A stretch of 64,000 nt of DNA from an uncultured virus (IMG/VR IMGVR_UViG_3300035698_029539) (IMGVR_UViG_3300035698_029539), one strand, 5' to 3'. Positions 1-9,699 are shown, counted from the stretch's first letter. Made by a program: numbers and translations. Notes: generated by a model not told the origin, from the sequence alone.

Positions 1-409
1 CCACACTCGTAGCCTGAAGGTCAACCTTGCTATCAATCGTTGAAACCGCACCACTCTGCACATCAATCTTTGAGTCAACTGTTGAAATCGCACCGCTATC
101 ATTCCCAATATTATCTACCTTACTCTCTGTCGTACTCAAAGCCGTACTTGTCGCCTGTAAGTCAACCTTGCTGTCAATTACCGAAACTGCTCCGCTCTGT
201 ACATCAATCTTTGAATCAACCGTACTTATCGCACCGCTATCATTCCCAATATTATCTACCTTACTCTCTGTCGTACTCAAAGCCGTACTCGTAGCCTGTA
301 AGTCAACTTTCGAATTCACAGTTGAAATTGCAGCACTATCATCGCTGATATTATCTATCTTCGACTCAACCTCCGAAATCGCACCACTGTCATTGTCCTG
401 CAAACTCAT
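1..409 (-). CDS. Repeat-rich coiled-coil/fibre-like protein, runs off the window edge
   Basis: Not in ORF track. ATG at 409 with GGTGA RBS; reads MSLQDNDSGAISEVESKIDN... with a 47-aa tandem unit (SKVDLQATSTALSTTESKVDNIGNDSGAISTVDSKIDVQSGAVS); no stop before position 1. Confidence 0.8.
   Translation of the reverse strand, partial: MSLQDNDSGAISEVESKIDNISDDSAAISTVNSKVDLQATSTALSTTESKVDNIGNDSGAISTVDSKIDVQSGAVSVIDSKVDLQATSTALSTTESKVDNIGNDSGAISTVDSKIDVQSGAVSTIDSKVDLQATSV
10..307. repeat. 141-bp imperfect tandem repeat inside the fibre-like gene
   Basis: catcaatctttga at 61 and 202; gcaccgctatcattcccaatattatctaccttactctctgtcgtactcaaagccgtact occurs twice, 141 bp apart. Confidence 0.9.
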
Positions 410-417
410 ATTTTCAC

Positions 418-843
418 CTAATTTTCTCGAATATAACTAAAATCCACATCAACATTTATATCAGCAACATTGTTGGATTCCATTTCCACACGCAAATTAC
501 TAAATATAGCCAAAGACCCATTTATTACCGCTATTAAATCAGGATTATCATCCTTTATGAATTCAACATCATAAAATTTTGTTAATGCCGTATCACTATT
601 CTTCTTTTTCATATACATCCTGACCGTTATCGTAGCTCCAGCAGTACAATCATCCATAGCAACAGTCAAAATATGAATTCTTCTTGGATTATTAGATGAA
701 CTAATGCTCAAAATATCCGCTCCACCCTCTCCCGAAGTACCACCACCCACCGCAGTCAAATCCAAATTTTGGGCAGTACCGTCAACTGGAATCATAGAAC
801 TAACTATTCCTCCAACCTTAGTTGCCCATTTAATACCTGGCAT
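418..843 (-). CDS. Hypothetical beta-rich protein, possibly virion structural
   Basis: 141-aa ORF, RBS-like AGGTTGA, TATA box at ~904-912, directly upstream of the fibre-like gene. Confidence 0.6.
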   Translation of the reverse strand: MPGIKWATKVGGIVSSMIPVDGTAQNLDLTAVGGGTSGEGGADILSISSSNNPRRIHILTVAMDDCTAGATITVRMYMKKKNSDTALTKFYDVEFIKDDNPDLIAVINGSLAIFSNLRVEMESNNVADINVDVDFSYIREN

Positions 844-958
844 ACATCAACCTATCGTATTTTAGTAGAGTTTACTCTACCATACATAGCTCGATTTGTA
901 AAATATTTAATACTTCTCTATAAAAAAGCGTCTTGCTATAAAACAACCAGAAAAACGT

Positions 959-1075
959 TTATTTTTTCATAGCATCTTTGCAGGCTTTTTTTGTGACAAG
1001 ATACATAATAAAATATCCCACAGCTAAAGATACAAGTGCACCAAGTGCACCACCCGCTACTTTTGTATTATCCAT
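959..1075 (-). CDS. 38-aa single-TM microprotein
   Basis: Manual translation MDNTKVAGGALGALVSLAVGYFIMYLVTKKACKDAMKK; starts 2 nt after the upstream stop, GGAGG upstream. Confidence 0.65.
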   Translation of the reverse strand: MDNTKVAGGALGALVSLAVGYFIMYLVTKKACKDAMKK

Positions 1076-1077
1076 GT

Positions 1078-1740
1078 TTATTTCCTCCTACTAAGTATAA
1101 AATATGATAAAATACCTAAAGCTAAAACACTACCAGCAACTCCCGCCCATACCCCTTTATTTTCATACCACTCAGGAATATATTCAAGTGGAGGCGCAGC
1201 TTGTATTGGTTGTTGCACAATAACTATTTCCTGTGGCTCTTCCGCATCTGGATGATTTGCAGTTGGTTCCTCATCTCCAGTTTCTGGAGGGTCGTCAAGT
1301 GGCGGGGTGAAAGGGTCTTGCTCTGGCACAATTGGCTCGACATCTGGAACATATGGCTCGCTTGTGCCAGTCGTATCATCCGTATCAGCAGTCGTATCAG
1401 TATCTACATCAGTATCAGCCATTGCAGTCCCAGCATCCCCAGAAGCAGAGCCCAATTCTTCATTCAGATAGTTTCTAAAACTATTAATCCATTCAGGCGA
1501 AGGAGGGACCACAGGCGTAGGCATCTCATTTGGATGAGATTCAGACATTTTAGAAATAATAGTAAAAATCCTTCCTGCCCCATCATCACCATATTCCGAT
1601 AATATAACCCTTATCATAGCCGTTATATCCGCAGGCATCATATCCAATGGTAAAGCAAATTGCGATAATGATACATCTTCACCATCAGAAATTGTCTCAT
1701 CAGGAACCGTCGAATTATTTACTCCGTAAACCATTTTCAA
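1078..1740 (-). CDS. Acidic Pro-rich protein with C-terminal membrane anchor
   Basis: D/T/P-rich linker, then IPEWYENK, hydrophobic helix, SRRK. Confidence 0.8.
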   Translation of the reverse strand: MKMVYGVNNSTVPDETISDGEDVSLSQFALPLDMMPADITAMIRVILSEYGDDGAGRIFTIISKMSESHPNEMPTPVVPPSPEWINSFRNYLNEELGSASGDAGTAMADTDVDTDTTADTDDTTGTSEPYVPDVEPIVPEQDPFTPPLDDPPETGDEEPTANHPDAEEPQEIVIVQQPIQAAPPLEYIPEWYENKGVWAGVAGSVLALGILSYFILSRRK

Positions 1741-1744
1741 AAAA

Positions 1745-2755
1745 TCACCTCATCAAAAACCACGATAATAATCCAGTAGCGATAGCTATCCCACCACCAG
1801 CCATTGCCAACTTCTTCTTGTCCTCATACCACTCCGGTGGCGGTGGAACCTGACCAAGTTGCTGAGCCATCTTTGCATTATCAGTTTTCAAAACATGGTT
1901 ATTGTCCATTAACTGACTGTTTATATCTTTCTGATTGCTAATCTCATTTTTCAAATTTGTATTCGATTCACCACATGAAGCTAACTTCTGCTTATAATCT
2001 ACCGACGCACCATTACACGCAGTTAAATTACCTTTTAAATCTGCCAAATTCGCATCGGAATGTGCCAATTTTTCACCACATTGGCTTTTTAAACCCATAC
2101 ACTCCCCAAATTTAGCATCCAAAACAACCTTCCCTGTCATACAAGCATTTAAATTTCCCTTCAATCCATCCCTTTCCCCCTTAAGCGCATCACCCACTTT
2201 TCTCAATTTCACAATCTGAGCAACTCGCACTGCTTCATTATATTTCAACAGTCGCAACCTATCAATTTCATGCATATATTCTCTCAAAAACTTAATATAC
2301 TCATTATCCTTCCGACTCGTTGGCTTCGGCCACGCTAAATGTGAAGGTAAATTTGGTACATCATGACAAGCCCCACCATACCACCAATTTCGCTTTGCCA
2401 AACAACTTTGCTCTGTATCTTTTTTTGGAAGTGGGTCGTCTCCTCCACCATTTACTTCTTCCTCATTTCCTTCCTCAAGGCATTCATCATTATCCCAATA
2501 ATCTCCTTTTGACTCGCATTGACGTTGCCGTTCAGATTTGTTTGAATAACATCCACCGTCATACCAATAATGTCCTATTGATTTACATTGCTCCTCAGTA
2601 GTATGCTGTTGGCCTTCGTCATCATTAACAGAATCCCCTCCACCTACGCCAACACCTACTCCCACACCACCCAATGTTACACCGTAATAATAACTCCTCG
2701 GACCACTTATTGGACTCCCATATGGACTATATTTAACATCCAGCATAAATTGCAC
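1745..2755 (-). CDS. Cys-repeat/coiled-coil protein with C-terminal membrane anchor
   Basis: Three C-x6-W-x4-C repeats, Cys-containing coiled coil, PPEWYEDK plus TM helix; TATA box 25 nt upstream of GTG. Confidence 0.8.
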   Translation of the reverse strand: MQFMLDVKYSPYGSPISGPRSYYYGVTLGGVGVGVGVGGGDSVNDDEGQQHTTEEQCKSIGHYWYDGGCYSNKSERQRQCESKGDYWDNDECLEEGNEEEVNGGGDDPLPKKDTEQSCLAKRNWWYGGACHDVPNLPSHLAWPKPTSRKDNEYIKFLREYMHEIDRLRLLKYNEAVRVAQIVKLRKVGDALKGERDGLKGNLNACMTGKVVLDAKFGECMGLKSQCGEKLAHSDANLADLKGNLTACNGASVDYKQKLASCGESNTNLKNEISNQKDINSQLMDNNHVLKTDNAKMAQQLGQVPPPPEWYEDKKKLAMAGGGIAIATGLLSWFLMR

Positions 2756-2779
2756 CAGAATAAAACTCGTTATGCCAAA

Positions 2780-2788
2780 TATTTAATA
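2780..2788 (-). promoter_or_regulatory. Archaeal TATA box TATTAAATA
   Basis: 25 nt upstream of start 2755. Confidence 0.7.
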
Positions 2789-3216
2789 TTTTTCCTTTTT
2801 CAACAACAAAATCAATCCAATCAGTATCAAAATCAGAATAAACCAAACTCTTTTTCTTCTAATCCTTTCACCACTCCCACAATGCATTTCCACATTATCT
2901 GCCCATCTGATACACCCAAGTGACAACGCAGTAGCTACTTCAGAACTACTTTCAAGCCCAAACGTTTCATTACTATTTGCAATATTATAAAAACAATCAT
3001 TATTAACGTCCACAGGATAACATCTCGAATGAGCATCCTCCTCGGTTTATCCTCACCAACAAAACTCACGCCAGTTTTACTTTTATTCGGTGCTTGTAAT
3101 CCAATATGTTTACCATCGACTACAAAATATACATGCTTGGCAAAAGGCAAATATTCCATAATCGGAGAATCGTAAGGACGGTCGCACCTGTAAATCATCA
3201 GACAAAAATAAAACAA
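2783..3216 (-). pseudogene. Probable single C-terminally anchored membrane protein split by a 1-nt frameshift near 3044 (or sequencing error)
   Basis: ORFs 2935..3216 and 2783..3013 overlap; one extra base after GEDKP gives EEDAHSRCYPVDVNNDCFY... through to a TM helix and KKEKY. Confidence 0.45.
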
Positions 3217-3225
3217 GTAGAATAT

Positions 3226-3756
3226 TTAAAAGTTTTTCAAAACTTTGTATATCTCGCCGTATTTCATACAAGCAACTATCGCAGAACACGAATCAAATTG
3301 ATGTTCGCTTTCAACTTTGGTCTTGCTGAAAACATCCCCACCAAATCTATCTAAAATTGCCTGTTTCACCAAATCCTTAGAACCGTTTCTATTGCCCGTT
3401 GCTGCCTTTTTGCACTCATTGGGTGTAAAGTACTCAGCAGGATAATCCACAACCGTCAAGATACCACCCAATAGCCCTGTCGCCATTCCCATGCACCTGT
3501 TTGGTCTCGCACCCTGTGCGCCACCATGAGGTAATTCAACAGCGACCAATCCCCTATATTTCCGTAGAAAACCAATTATTCCAACCGACATCTCTTTACA
3601 ACGTCGCAAATCATCGTCAGCAATTCTCAAGCTCTTTTTCTTCTTGTCTTTCTGAGTCCTAATCGTTATGGCCTCAACCAATTCACCAGACTCAATATCC
3701 ATCACCGCAAGCCCAGTCGCCGCAAAACCGATATCAATACCAATAACGTATTTCAT
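3226..3756 (-). CDS. ruvC: RuvC-like Holliday junction resolvase
   Basis: VIGIDIGFAATGLAV, AVELP, KKAATGNRNGSKD, HQFDSCSA match the RuvC D/E/D catalytic layout. Confidence 0.85.
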   Translation of the reverse strand: MKYVIGIDIGFAATGLAVMDIESGELVEAITIRTQKDKKKKSLRIADDDLRRCKEMSVGIIGFLRKYRGLVAVELPHGGAQGARPNRCMGMATGLLGGILTVVDYPAEYFTPNECKKAATGNRNGSKDLVKQAILDRFGGDVFSKTKVESEHQFDSCSAIVACMKYGEIYKVLKNF

Positions 3757-3853
3757 ACATTATATTTGACATTATCTCTTATTTAAAATTAATCATTTAT
3801 TCTGCGAAACTATTAAATATTCACGAACAATTAGAAGGATTGAAGGTATAAAA

Positions 3854-4537
3854 ATGGATGCACCAGTATCAGAAGGAGAAGGATTAAAGCAAACAGAGCA
3901 AACACATGAATTTATCGAAAAACTTCAGCAAGGACCAGAAGCAATGGTTCAGCTTATGAATTGCAGAGGAGATTCCTCGCAACTAATAATGTTTCTCAGT
4001 GCACTTTTAGACCCAAAAGAAGGCAAAATATTTAGAGATACTATACCCGAATCTCAACAAAACTCATATCTTAAAGAAATAGCTAAAAAAACAATACTAA
4101 AATGTGCTTGGATGTGGCATACAAAAGATGAAAATAAGATGGCAGATGACATCAAACTTGGAAAATTCAGAATTGATAATCCCGAATCATATGAACTGAT
4201 GAAAAAAATTCTACTGTTATTTCCAACAGATTCAGATATCGCTAGTGGCGTTAATTATTCAGCAGAATTAATACAAGCACTGAACGAAACCTATCCACAA
4301 TTTGCACCCGTAATCATTCCATTGGAACCAGAGCCACCAGAAACCGTACATCCTGAAGAAGATAAGCCTGACGAAATATCAGATAAAAAAGAAAAAGTAT
4401 CTCAAGAATTACCTCAAGAATTACCTTCGGCAGCACCGTCCATGAGCCAAAAACCACCGATGAATATAAAAATGTTAATAGGCGGCATAGTATTACTTGG
4501 TAGTGGAATAATATATTTAGTGCTTAGAAAGAAATGA
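3854..4537 (+). CDS. Protein with acidic Pro-rich linker and C-terminal TM anchor
   Basis: 227 aa, ends MLIGGIVLLGSGIIYLVLRKK; TATTAAATA at 3811-3819. Confidence 0.8.
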   Translation: MDAPVSEGEGLKQTEQTHEFIEKLQQGPEAMVQLMNCRGDSSQLIMFLSALLDPKEGKIFRDTIPESQQNSYLKEIAKKTILKCAWMWHTKDENKMADDIKLGKFRIDNPESYELMKKILLLFPTDSDIASGVNYSAELIQALNETYPQFAPVIIPLEPEPPETVHPEEDKPDEISDKKEKVSQELPQELPSAAPSMSQKPPMNIKMLIGGIVLLGSGIIYLVLRKK

Positions 4538-4928
4538 TTTTTCTTCTGGGAACTGCCCCAAAGATGTCTATCTTCTTTAAAATTTTAAGTATCTCCATTT
4601 TTCTACCGCAAAATTCATGCCCAAAATATCCATGACCCTCAGCGGTAATTTGAGTCAATTTCACTTTCATTAAATAATTTCCCGGTATTTTTTCCACCGA
4701 ACTTCGTGTTGTTGAAATATGAAATCCTGAACGATATGTATCCCCATGATGGAATGCCAATGGCTTTCGAATATCAGTAGATTTGTCTTTTAATATTCTT
4801 CCTATTCTTCCTATGAATTTCTTTTCTGTGTATGGCAATTTAAAATTCTTTCCATCATTCGATTGAATTGATTTCCAACCAATAACACTATCAGGAAGAT
4901 TTTCTGTTGTAGCATTTTCAATACACAT
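4524..4928 (-). CDS. Hypothetical protein
   Basis: 134-aa ORF, GGTGG RBS, in gene chain. Confidence 0.65.
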   Translation of the reverse strand: MCIENATTENLPDSVIGWKSIQSNDGKNFKLPYTEKKFIGRIGRILKDKSTDIRKPLAFHHGDTYRSGFHISTTRSSVEKIPGNYLMKVKLTQITAEGHGYFGHEFCGRKMEILKILKKIDIFGAVPRRKIISF

Positions 4929-4940
4929 TTTAAAACCACC

Positions 4941-5240
4941 CTATTTGAATCCCATTCCCTTATAATATTTACTATCCTTTGGCTCAGTACAAAGTACGCC
5001 TAACATAAATACTCTGCCTATAAACATACCAATCCCCTCTTCTTCGTTTCTATGCTCCCATTCGGCATGATACTCTTGTATAAGAGTCCTTAAAAATACC
5101 TCATATTCTCCAGCCGATGACTTATCAAATTCTCGCTCTTCATCAGTCATTTTTTTTCGTCTATCCCTATTCGCATACTTTTTAGCACTGTCCATAATTT
5201 CCCTGGCATTATCCACTTCTTCCTGATATATAAATCTCAT
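4941..5240 (-). CDS. Hypothetical protein
   Basis: 99-aa ORF, GAGGTGA RBS, ATGA overlap with upstream gene. Confidence 0.7.
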   Translation of the reverse strand: MRFIYQEEVDNAREIMDSAKKYANRDRRKKMTDEEREFDKSSAGEYEVFLRTLIQEYHAEWEHRNEEEGIGMFIGRVFMLGVLCTEPKDSKYYKGMGFK

Positions 5241-5458
5241 TTTTTCACCTCACACATAAAACATTTTCCCGTTAAATCTCTATTATCATCAAGCTCTAAA
5301 TGTACCTCTTTTAAACCACATCTGCCATTTCTCTTTTTATTTTTACAACCCTTTATACTACACGGTAACGGTGTCCTTTGAGGATATCTACAAAGACCCC
5401 TGTAATATACCTTACTCTTAATAATTATCCTTTTCATGCCACTTCCTTTTTCAAACAT
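5237..5458 (-). CDS. Small Cys-rich hypothetical protein
   Basis: GAGGTGG RBS; several Cys including CFMC. Confidence 0.6.
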   Translation of the reverse strand: MFEKGSGMKRIIIKSKVYYRGLCRYPQRTPLPCSIKGCKNKKRNGRCGLKEVHLELDDNRDLTGKCFMCEVKK

Positions 5459-5519
5459 CCGACCACCTCGTATAAATATTAAATTCTAACACATTTTTAC
5501 AATGTATTTGTAAAGCAAT

Positions 5520-6308
5520 TCATTTAGAACCGAGCATCATCTTTCTTATTTCTTGTTGTATCTCACACATCCTCGGAGATACAACATCATTCCAGTTATT
5601 TTCAAGGTCCGCCAAAATCTCGAAATCAGGAAGTTCACCATCAAATATAATTTCTAATTGGTCCTCAAAAGCCTCTCGTGCATCATTCTCGCTCTTAAAT
5701 CTGCTCGGACTTTCCTCGCCAATAATCATCCCAATGTAACTATCCCTAATGTCTTCACCTAATCCTAATTCTTTTGCCAACTTCCGCATTTCTTCAACCG
5801 CCAACTTAACATCAGGCTCTTCACATTTGATTTCCAATTCAATAAACTCACCTAATTCCATGACCTCATCAAAACAAATTTCTATTATATTTTTACAAGT
5901 TTGGAATGTCCGCATACCATAATTCAATTTGTATAATTTTCTCGATTTTTCCACAGTCCCAAATTTCGTAAATCCTAACCCCTTCAGAATATTACTCATC
6001 GCCAGAAAATTATCTCGCCCACCAGTCATATCATCATCAAATACCATCTCATGTTCCACCCTGGATTTACCAAGTTTGGCATCCAGTTTCGGACCCTTAT
6101 AAACCAAATAATATTTTTTTACTTTATTATTTAATTCCGTTCTTATCCTGCAACTCTCATCCGTTTCAGAAAAATTACGACTCGGATGAGCAAAATATTT
6201 ATCTATATCGTAAGTCGACCTGACAAATTCAGCACCCATATTTATCGCTTTTCGTTCTATCAATCGCATATCCTCATTTATATAAAATTTCAATTCCGCT
6301 TCAATCAT
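5520..6308 (-). CDS. cyaB: CYTH-domain (class IV adenylyl cyclase-like) protein with acidic C-terminal extension
   Basis: N-terminal ExExK (EAELK), YFAHPSRNF, RIR, YKGPK, RVEHE, VEKSR, FIELE. Confidence 0.88.
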   Translation of the reverse strand: MIEAELKFYINEDMRLIERKAINMGAEFVRSTYDIDKYFAHPSRNFSETDESCRIRTELNNKVKKYYLVYKGPKLDAKLGKSRVEHEMVFDDDMTGGRDNFLAMSNILKGLGFTKFGTVEKSRKLYKLNYGMRTFQTCKNIIEICFDEVMELGEFIELEIKCEEPDVKLAVEEMRKLAKELGLGEDIRDSYIGMIIGEESPSRFKSENDAREAFEDQLEIIFDGELPDFEILADLENNWNDVVSPRMCEIQQEIRKMMLGSK

Positions 6309-6609
6309 TTATTCCACCCTTTATCGTTTCATGTACATCGCAGTAGTCGCATCGGTATTTATCTTTGAAACAATCCGAAGGCCAACCAGTTATATTAACC
6401 CATTTATGCTCGCCACCGTTCAGACACGGTGCTTTATATGCTTCATAATGAAAACATATAGTAGTCCCATATGTAAAAATCTTATCACAATCACTACATT
6501 CCTGCTCAAATACCCCATCCTCCTCATAACCATATCCATCATCATGACATATTTCCTGCCACTTTCCGCAATACGGACACTCAACATCTTTCATACTCAT
6601 ATTTATCAC
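6301..6609 (-). CDS. Zinc-ribbon protein
   Basis: CPYC, CSDC, CDYC motifs. Confidence 0.7.
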   Translation of the reverse strand: MINMSMKDVECPYCGKWQEICHDDGYGYEEDGVFEQECSDCDKIFTYGTTICFHYEAYKAPCLNGGEHKWVNITGWPSDCFKDKYRCDYCDVHETIKGGIND

Positions 6610-6984
6610 CTAAATAATTTCCTGTTTCCAAACTTTTCCGGCTTGCTATTTTCCAATTCAAACCACAATTTTACCCAACCCATTGTTTTGCTATCCAATT
6701 TATTTGACCAATCGTAAAAATCATTATATTTTATTTTTTCATTGCCTATGCAACACCCACCAGCACCAATATGTGTATAATGATAAACAAGATTATGCTT
6801 CTAATCTCAATTGCTCTTTCATATTATTACCTCATTGCCAAATAAGCACCAATCAAAGCACCAGCAACGAATCCTATAAAAGCTCCTAAAAAGCCCCAAT
6901 TACATCCAATAATACCGCCAAGTACACATCCAACAAATACTCGGCCTCTCCTAAATTTATACTCTTCCATTATTCTCGCCACTC

Positions 6985-7389
6985 TTAATATCCCACTTCC
7001 TCCATCCCATCACACACGCATATATGCTTACCACAAGTAATACAATTCCCCTTTGCCAATTTGACATCATCCATATCTTTATACTCACTGAAATACAGAG
7101 GACAATCATATTGAGCCTTTATAAATGGACATGTGGAAATATCATCTTTAAATAAATGTTTGAATTTCGCAAATTTTTCTTGGATTTCTTTTACATATTT
7201 TGCTCGCTCATCATCCGTCAAATACTCTTTTCCATCCCTACGATAAGCCAAATTGGAAACTTCCCATCCCAACTCATCATTACCACCATGCACCGAACAA
7301 AACTCCGCATATCTAACAAACCAATGTATGCACGGTGGACACGTTATATCAAAATCGCCATAGTTCATTTTATACATTTCAATCCCCAT
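6985..7389 (-). CDS. Cys-rich hypothetical protein
   Basis: 134-aa ORF in chain, CPPC and CITC..CVC. Confidence 0.65.
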   Translation of the reverse strand: MGIEMYKMNYGDFDITCPPCIHWFVRYAEFCSVHGGNDELGWEVSNLAYRRDGKEYLTDDERAKYVKEIQEKFAKFKHLFKDDISTCPFIKAQYDCPLYFSEYKDMDDVKLAKGNCITCGKHICVCDGMEEVGY

Positions 7390-7565
7390 TTAACCATCAT
7401 AAATACCGATATCGGAAATCCTATAAAAATAAACGTCGTAACCCATGTCGAAACAAGCCATATATCCCATACTATTGCAAGTAAATTAAAAACGGCAAGA
7501 AATAAGGATGTTAAAATGAATATTGTCAGCCCAAGCTTTCCCTGCCATTTCCAGCCCTTAAGCAT
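7365..7565 (-). CDS. Small two-TM membrane protein
   Basis: Two hydrophobic stretches; TAATG coupling to upstream gene. Confidence 0.6.
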   Translation of the reverse strand: MLKGWKWQGKLGLTIFILTSLFLAVFNLLAIVWDIWLVSTWVTTFIFIGFPISVFMMVKWGLKCIK

Positions 7566-8779
7566 TAAAATACCCCTATCTTTCCTTCCATTAATAATAA
7601 TTTAATATTTCCTATATTATGTAAACCATCGTATACTATAGCCTCAATTAAAGACCTATTGAAATCCTTAGAATCATCTACCATATTTATCTGTATATGA
7701 GCTATAGATGGCTCGTCAATAGGTGAGCCTATCTTTGATACTATCCTTACAAATACCTCAGCTATATTATCATCAGCTTTATAAATTGTTTCGGCCATCT
7801 GTTTTGATAACAAATTATATGATTTCCCAACATGAGTTTCAGGATTTTTACCAGCGCAAGCCTCCATCGACATCGGCCTCATCGGAGTAATCAATCCATT
7901 ACACCTATTACCCCGACCAACACTGCCATCATCACCATTCTCCATCGAAAGACCCGATACCGTCAAATAACACGAATCCTCAGTATCAGCAGTATTTACA
8001 TTGACTATTAGCTTATGCGGCATATCCGTATCCAAACAAGTTCGAGCGATAATGACAACTTCCGCATGTATAGCTTCCCTGTAATGCTCATAATCACCCC
8101 TATCTTTGATATGCTTGGAAATCATTGCAACGGCCACAGTCAAATTTATTGTATCCTCGTTTCTAAATCCCATTATCTTTATATCCCGACCTATCGCTGG
8201 AATCTTTTTTCTAATTACATCACTATTCAGATGTGTTTCCACATCATATACCATTTGTTCCAACTCACTAAACGGAGCATATCCAGCACCAAATGACGTA
8301 TCATTAGCCCTGACTATTTCCTTTCCCTCAAAATTTGATTGCAAATCCATTGAGCCTTCACCAATACCAGTCTCCAGCATTATATCCTTGTCAAAATTCA
8401 AATCCTTAAAGTTGACTCTCAGATACTCCTCAGCAGCTTTCAAAGCTATTTCTCGTACTGGAATTATATTCTCATCCACATATTGAGTAGCCCGGCCAAC
8501 CAATATTATTCTGATAGGCTTCGTAATTTCGCCGCCGCCAAACTCAGGAGCCGACTGACCAGCAATTATCTGAACCTCATCCGTATTGTGATGAAGTACA
8601 CGACCAAAGTCAGCATAATAACGCTTTGATAATGCAACAGAAACAGACTCAGCCAACCCGTCCGCAATGGAATCAGGATGCCCAAAACCCTTTCTCTCAA
8701 CAATTTCAATCGGTTGCTTGTCCAGTATCAAACTGTCTATTTTTTCAATAAATACATTTTCCATGTCATTCGCTCCCAA
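7565..8779 (-). CDS. mat: Archaeal-type S-adenosylmethionine synthetase
   Basis: [59 protein letters not shown] are hallmark archaeal MAT motifs. Confidence 0.95.
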   Translation of the reverse strand: MGANDMENVFIEKIDSLILDKQPIEIVERKGFGHPDSIADGLAESVSVALSKRYYADFGRVLHHNTDEVQIIAGQSAPEFGGGEITKPIRIILVGRATQYVDENIIPVREIALKAAEEYLRVNFKDLNFDKDIMLETGIGEGSMDLQSNFEGKEIVRANDTSFGAGYAPFSELEQMVYDVETHLNSDVIRKKIPAIGRDIKIMGFRNEDTINLTVAVAMISKHIKDRGDYEHYREAIHAEVVIIARTCLDTDMPHKLIVNVNTADTEDSCYLTVSGLSMENGDDGSVGRGNRCNGLITPMRPMSMEACAGKNPETHVGKSYNLLSKQMAETIYKADDNIAEVFVRIVSKIGSPIDEPSIAHIQINMVDDSKDFNRSLIEAIVYDGLHNIGNIKLLLMEGKIGVF

Positions 8780-9224
8780 AGTTTAATTCCCTTTGAATAT
8801 CATAAAGTGAAACAGTATCTGTTAGATTCCCAAAACGTAATCGTCTTTCCCCCATCTCCTTATCAAAAGCCTTATCTATTTCTTCTCTAATATAATCATA
8901 ATCCAATACAGTAGCTTTCTTCAATATATCAACTATCACCGCATGGCCCACTATTGCCTCTTCATCTTTCTCATATCTCCATATCGGCTCTTCATCCATA
9001 CCAAAAACCATCGATTCATAATAACCGCCAGGATGTTCCATTTCCAAGCAAACAGTCGAAATTCGAAGCTTCCCCAATTTTGTGTCAATCGTATCCTGTA
9101 TTTGAAACCTATCATGGAAAAAACGTTTACCACAAACAATACAACCCTTGTTTTCTGCCAAACGGAAGATATATTCATCTACAGTATATTTAGTCTTACA
9201 TTTAGAACACATATGTCCAAGCAT
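8766..9224 (-). CDS. Hypothetical Zn-binding protein
   Basis: CSKC, CIVC; TATA box 25 nt upstream of ATG. Confidence 0.7.
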   Translation of the reverse strand: MLGHMCSKCKTKYTVDEYIFRLAENKGCIVCGKRFFHDRFQIQDTIDTKLGKLRISTVCLEMEHPGGYYESMVFGMDEEPIWRYEKDEEAIVGHAVIVDILKKATVLDYDYIREEIDKAFDKEMGERRLRFGNLTDTVSLYDIQRELNFGSE

Positions 9225-9257
9225 TAGCGTCCTATAATAGCTTGGGAGTATTTAATT

Positions 9258-9479
9258 TTATTCATCCGTATCGTTACCTAAAAACTCGTCAACATTAAAA
9301 TCCTGTGCCACCGTCTCATCCGACACACCATCAGGCATTTCAAAAACCGAATCACCAGAAATCTTCTGCATAGCATCCATATGACATTTCAGCTTGTGTA
9401 CATTCAATTTAGCTATCTTTACCTCAATGCCACAAACATCACATTTTGTAAAATCCGAACTCTTAACTCTCTTTGCCAT
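9258..9479 (-). CDS. Small C2H2-like zinc-finger protein
   Basis: CDVC-x9-H-x4-H pattern; coupled to upstream ORF. Confidence 0.65.
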   Translation of the reverse strand: MAKRVKSSDFTKCDVCGIEVKIAKLNVHKLKCHMDAMQKISGDSVFEMPDGVSDETVAQDFNVDEFLGNDTDE

Positions 9480-9676
9480 TATTTTTTCCCCAACAATGTC
9501 ATATCAAAAAAGTCACTGCAAACATGACTAAATAATTCTTCACTTGTTGTAAAAACCCTACCGCATTTTTTACAAACCTTTAATCCACCAATTTTCAAAT
9601 CAACATTCGATTTATCATCATATACACTTGTATCCATTTCAAGTCCTCCTGAATGTAACTTCTGTAAGATGCCCAT
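9479..9676 (-). CDS. Small zinc-finger protein
   Basis: CKKCGRVFTTSEELFSHVC; GAGGTG RBS. Confidence 0.65.
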   Translation of the reverse strand: MGILQKLHSGGLEMDTSVYDDKSNVDLKIGGLKVCKKCGRVFTTSEELFSHVCSDFFDMTLLGKK

Positions 9677-9699
9677 TGGAACACCTCACATCATAATTA

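Noticed and set aside
27..440. Plus-strand ORFs 27..440 and 40..294, and the many other short ORFs antisense to long genes
   Set aside because: Shadows of real minus-strand genes; no promoter or RBS and no motif content
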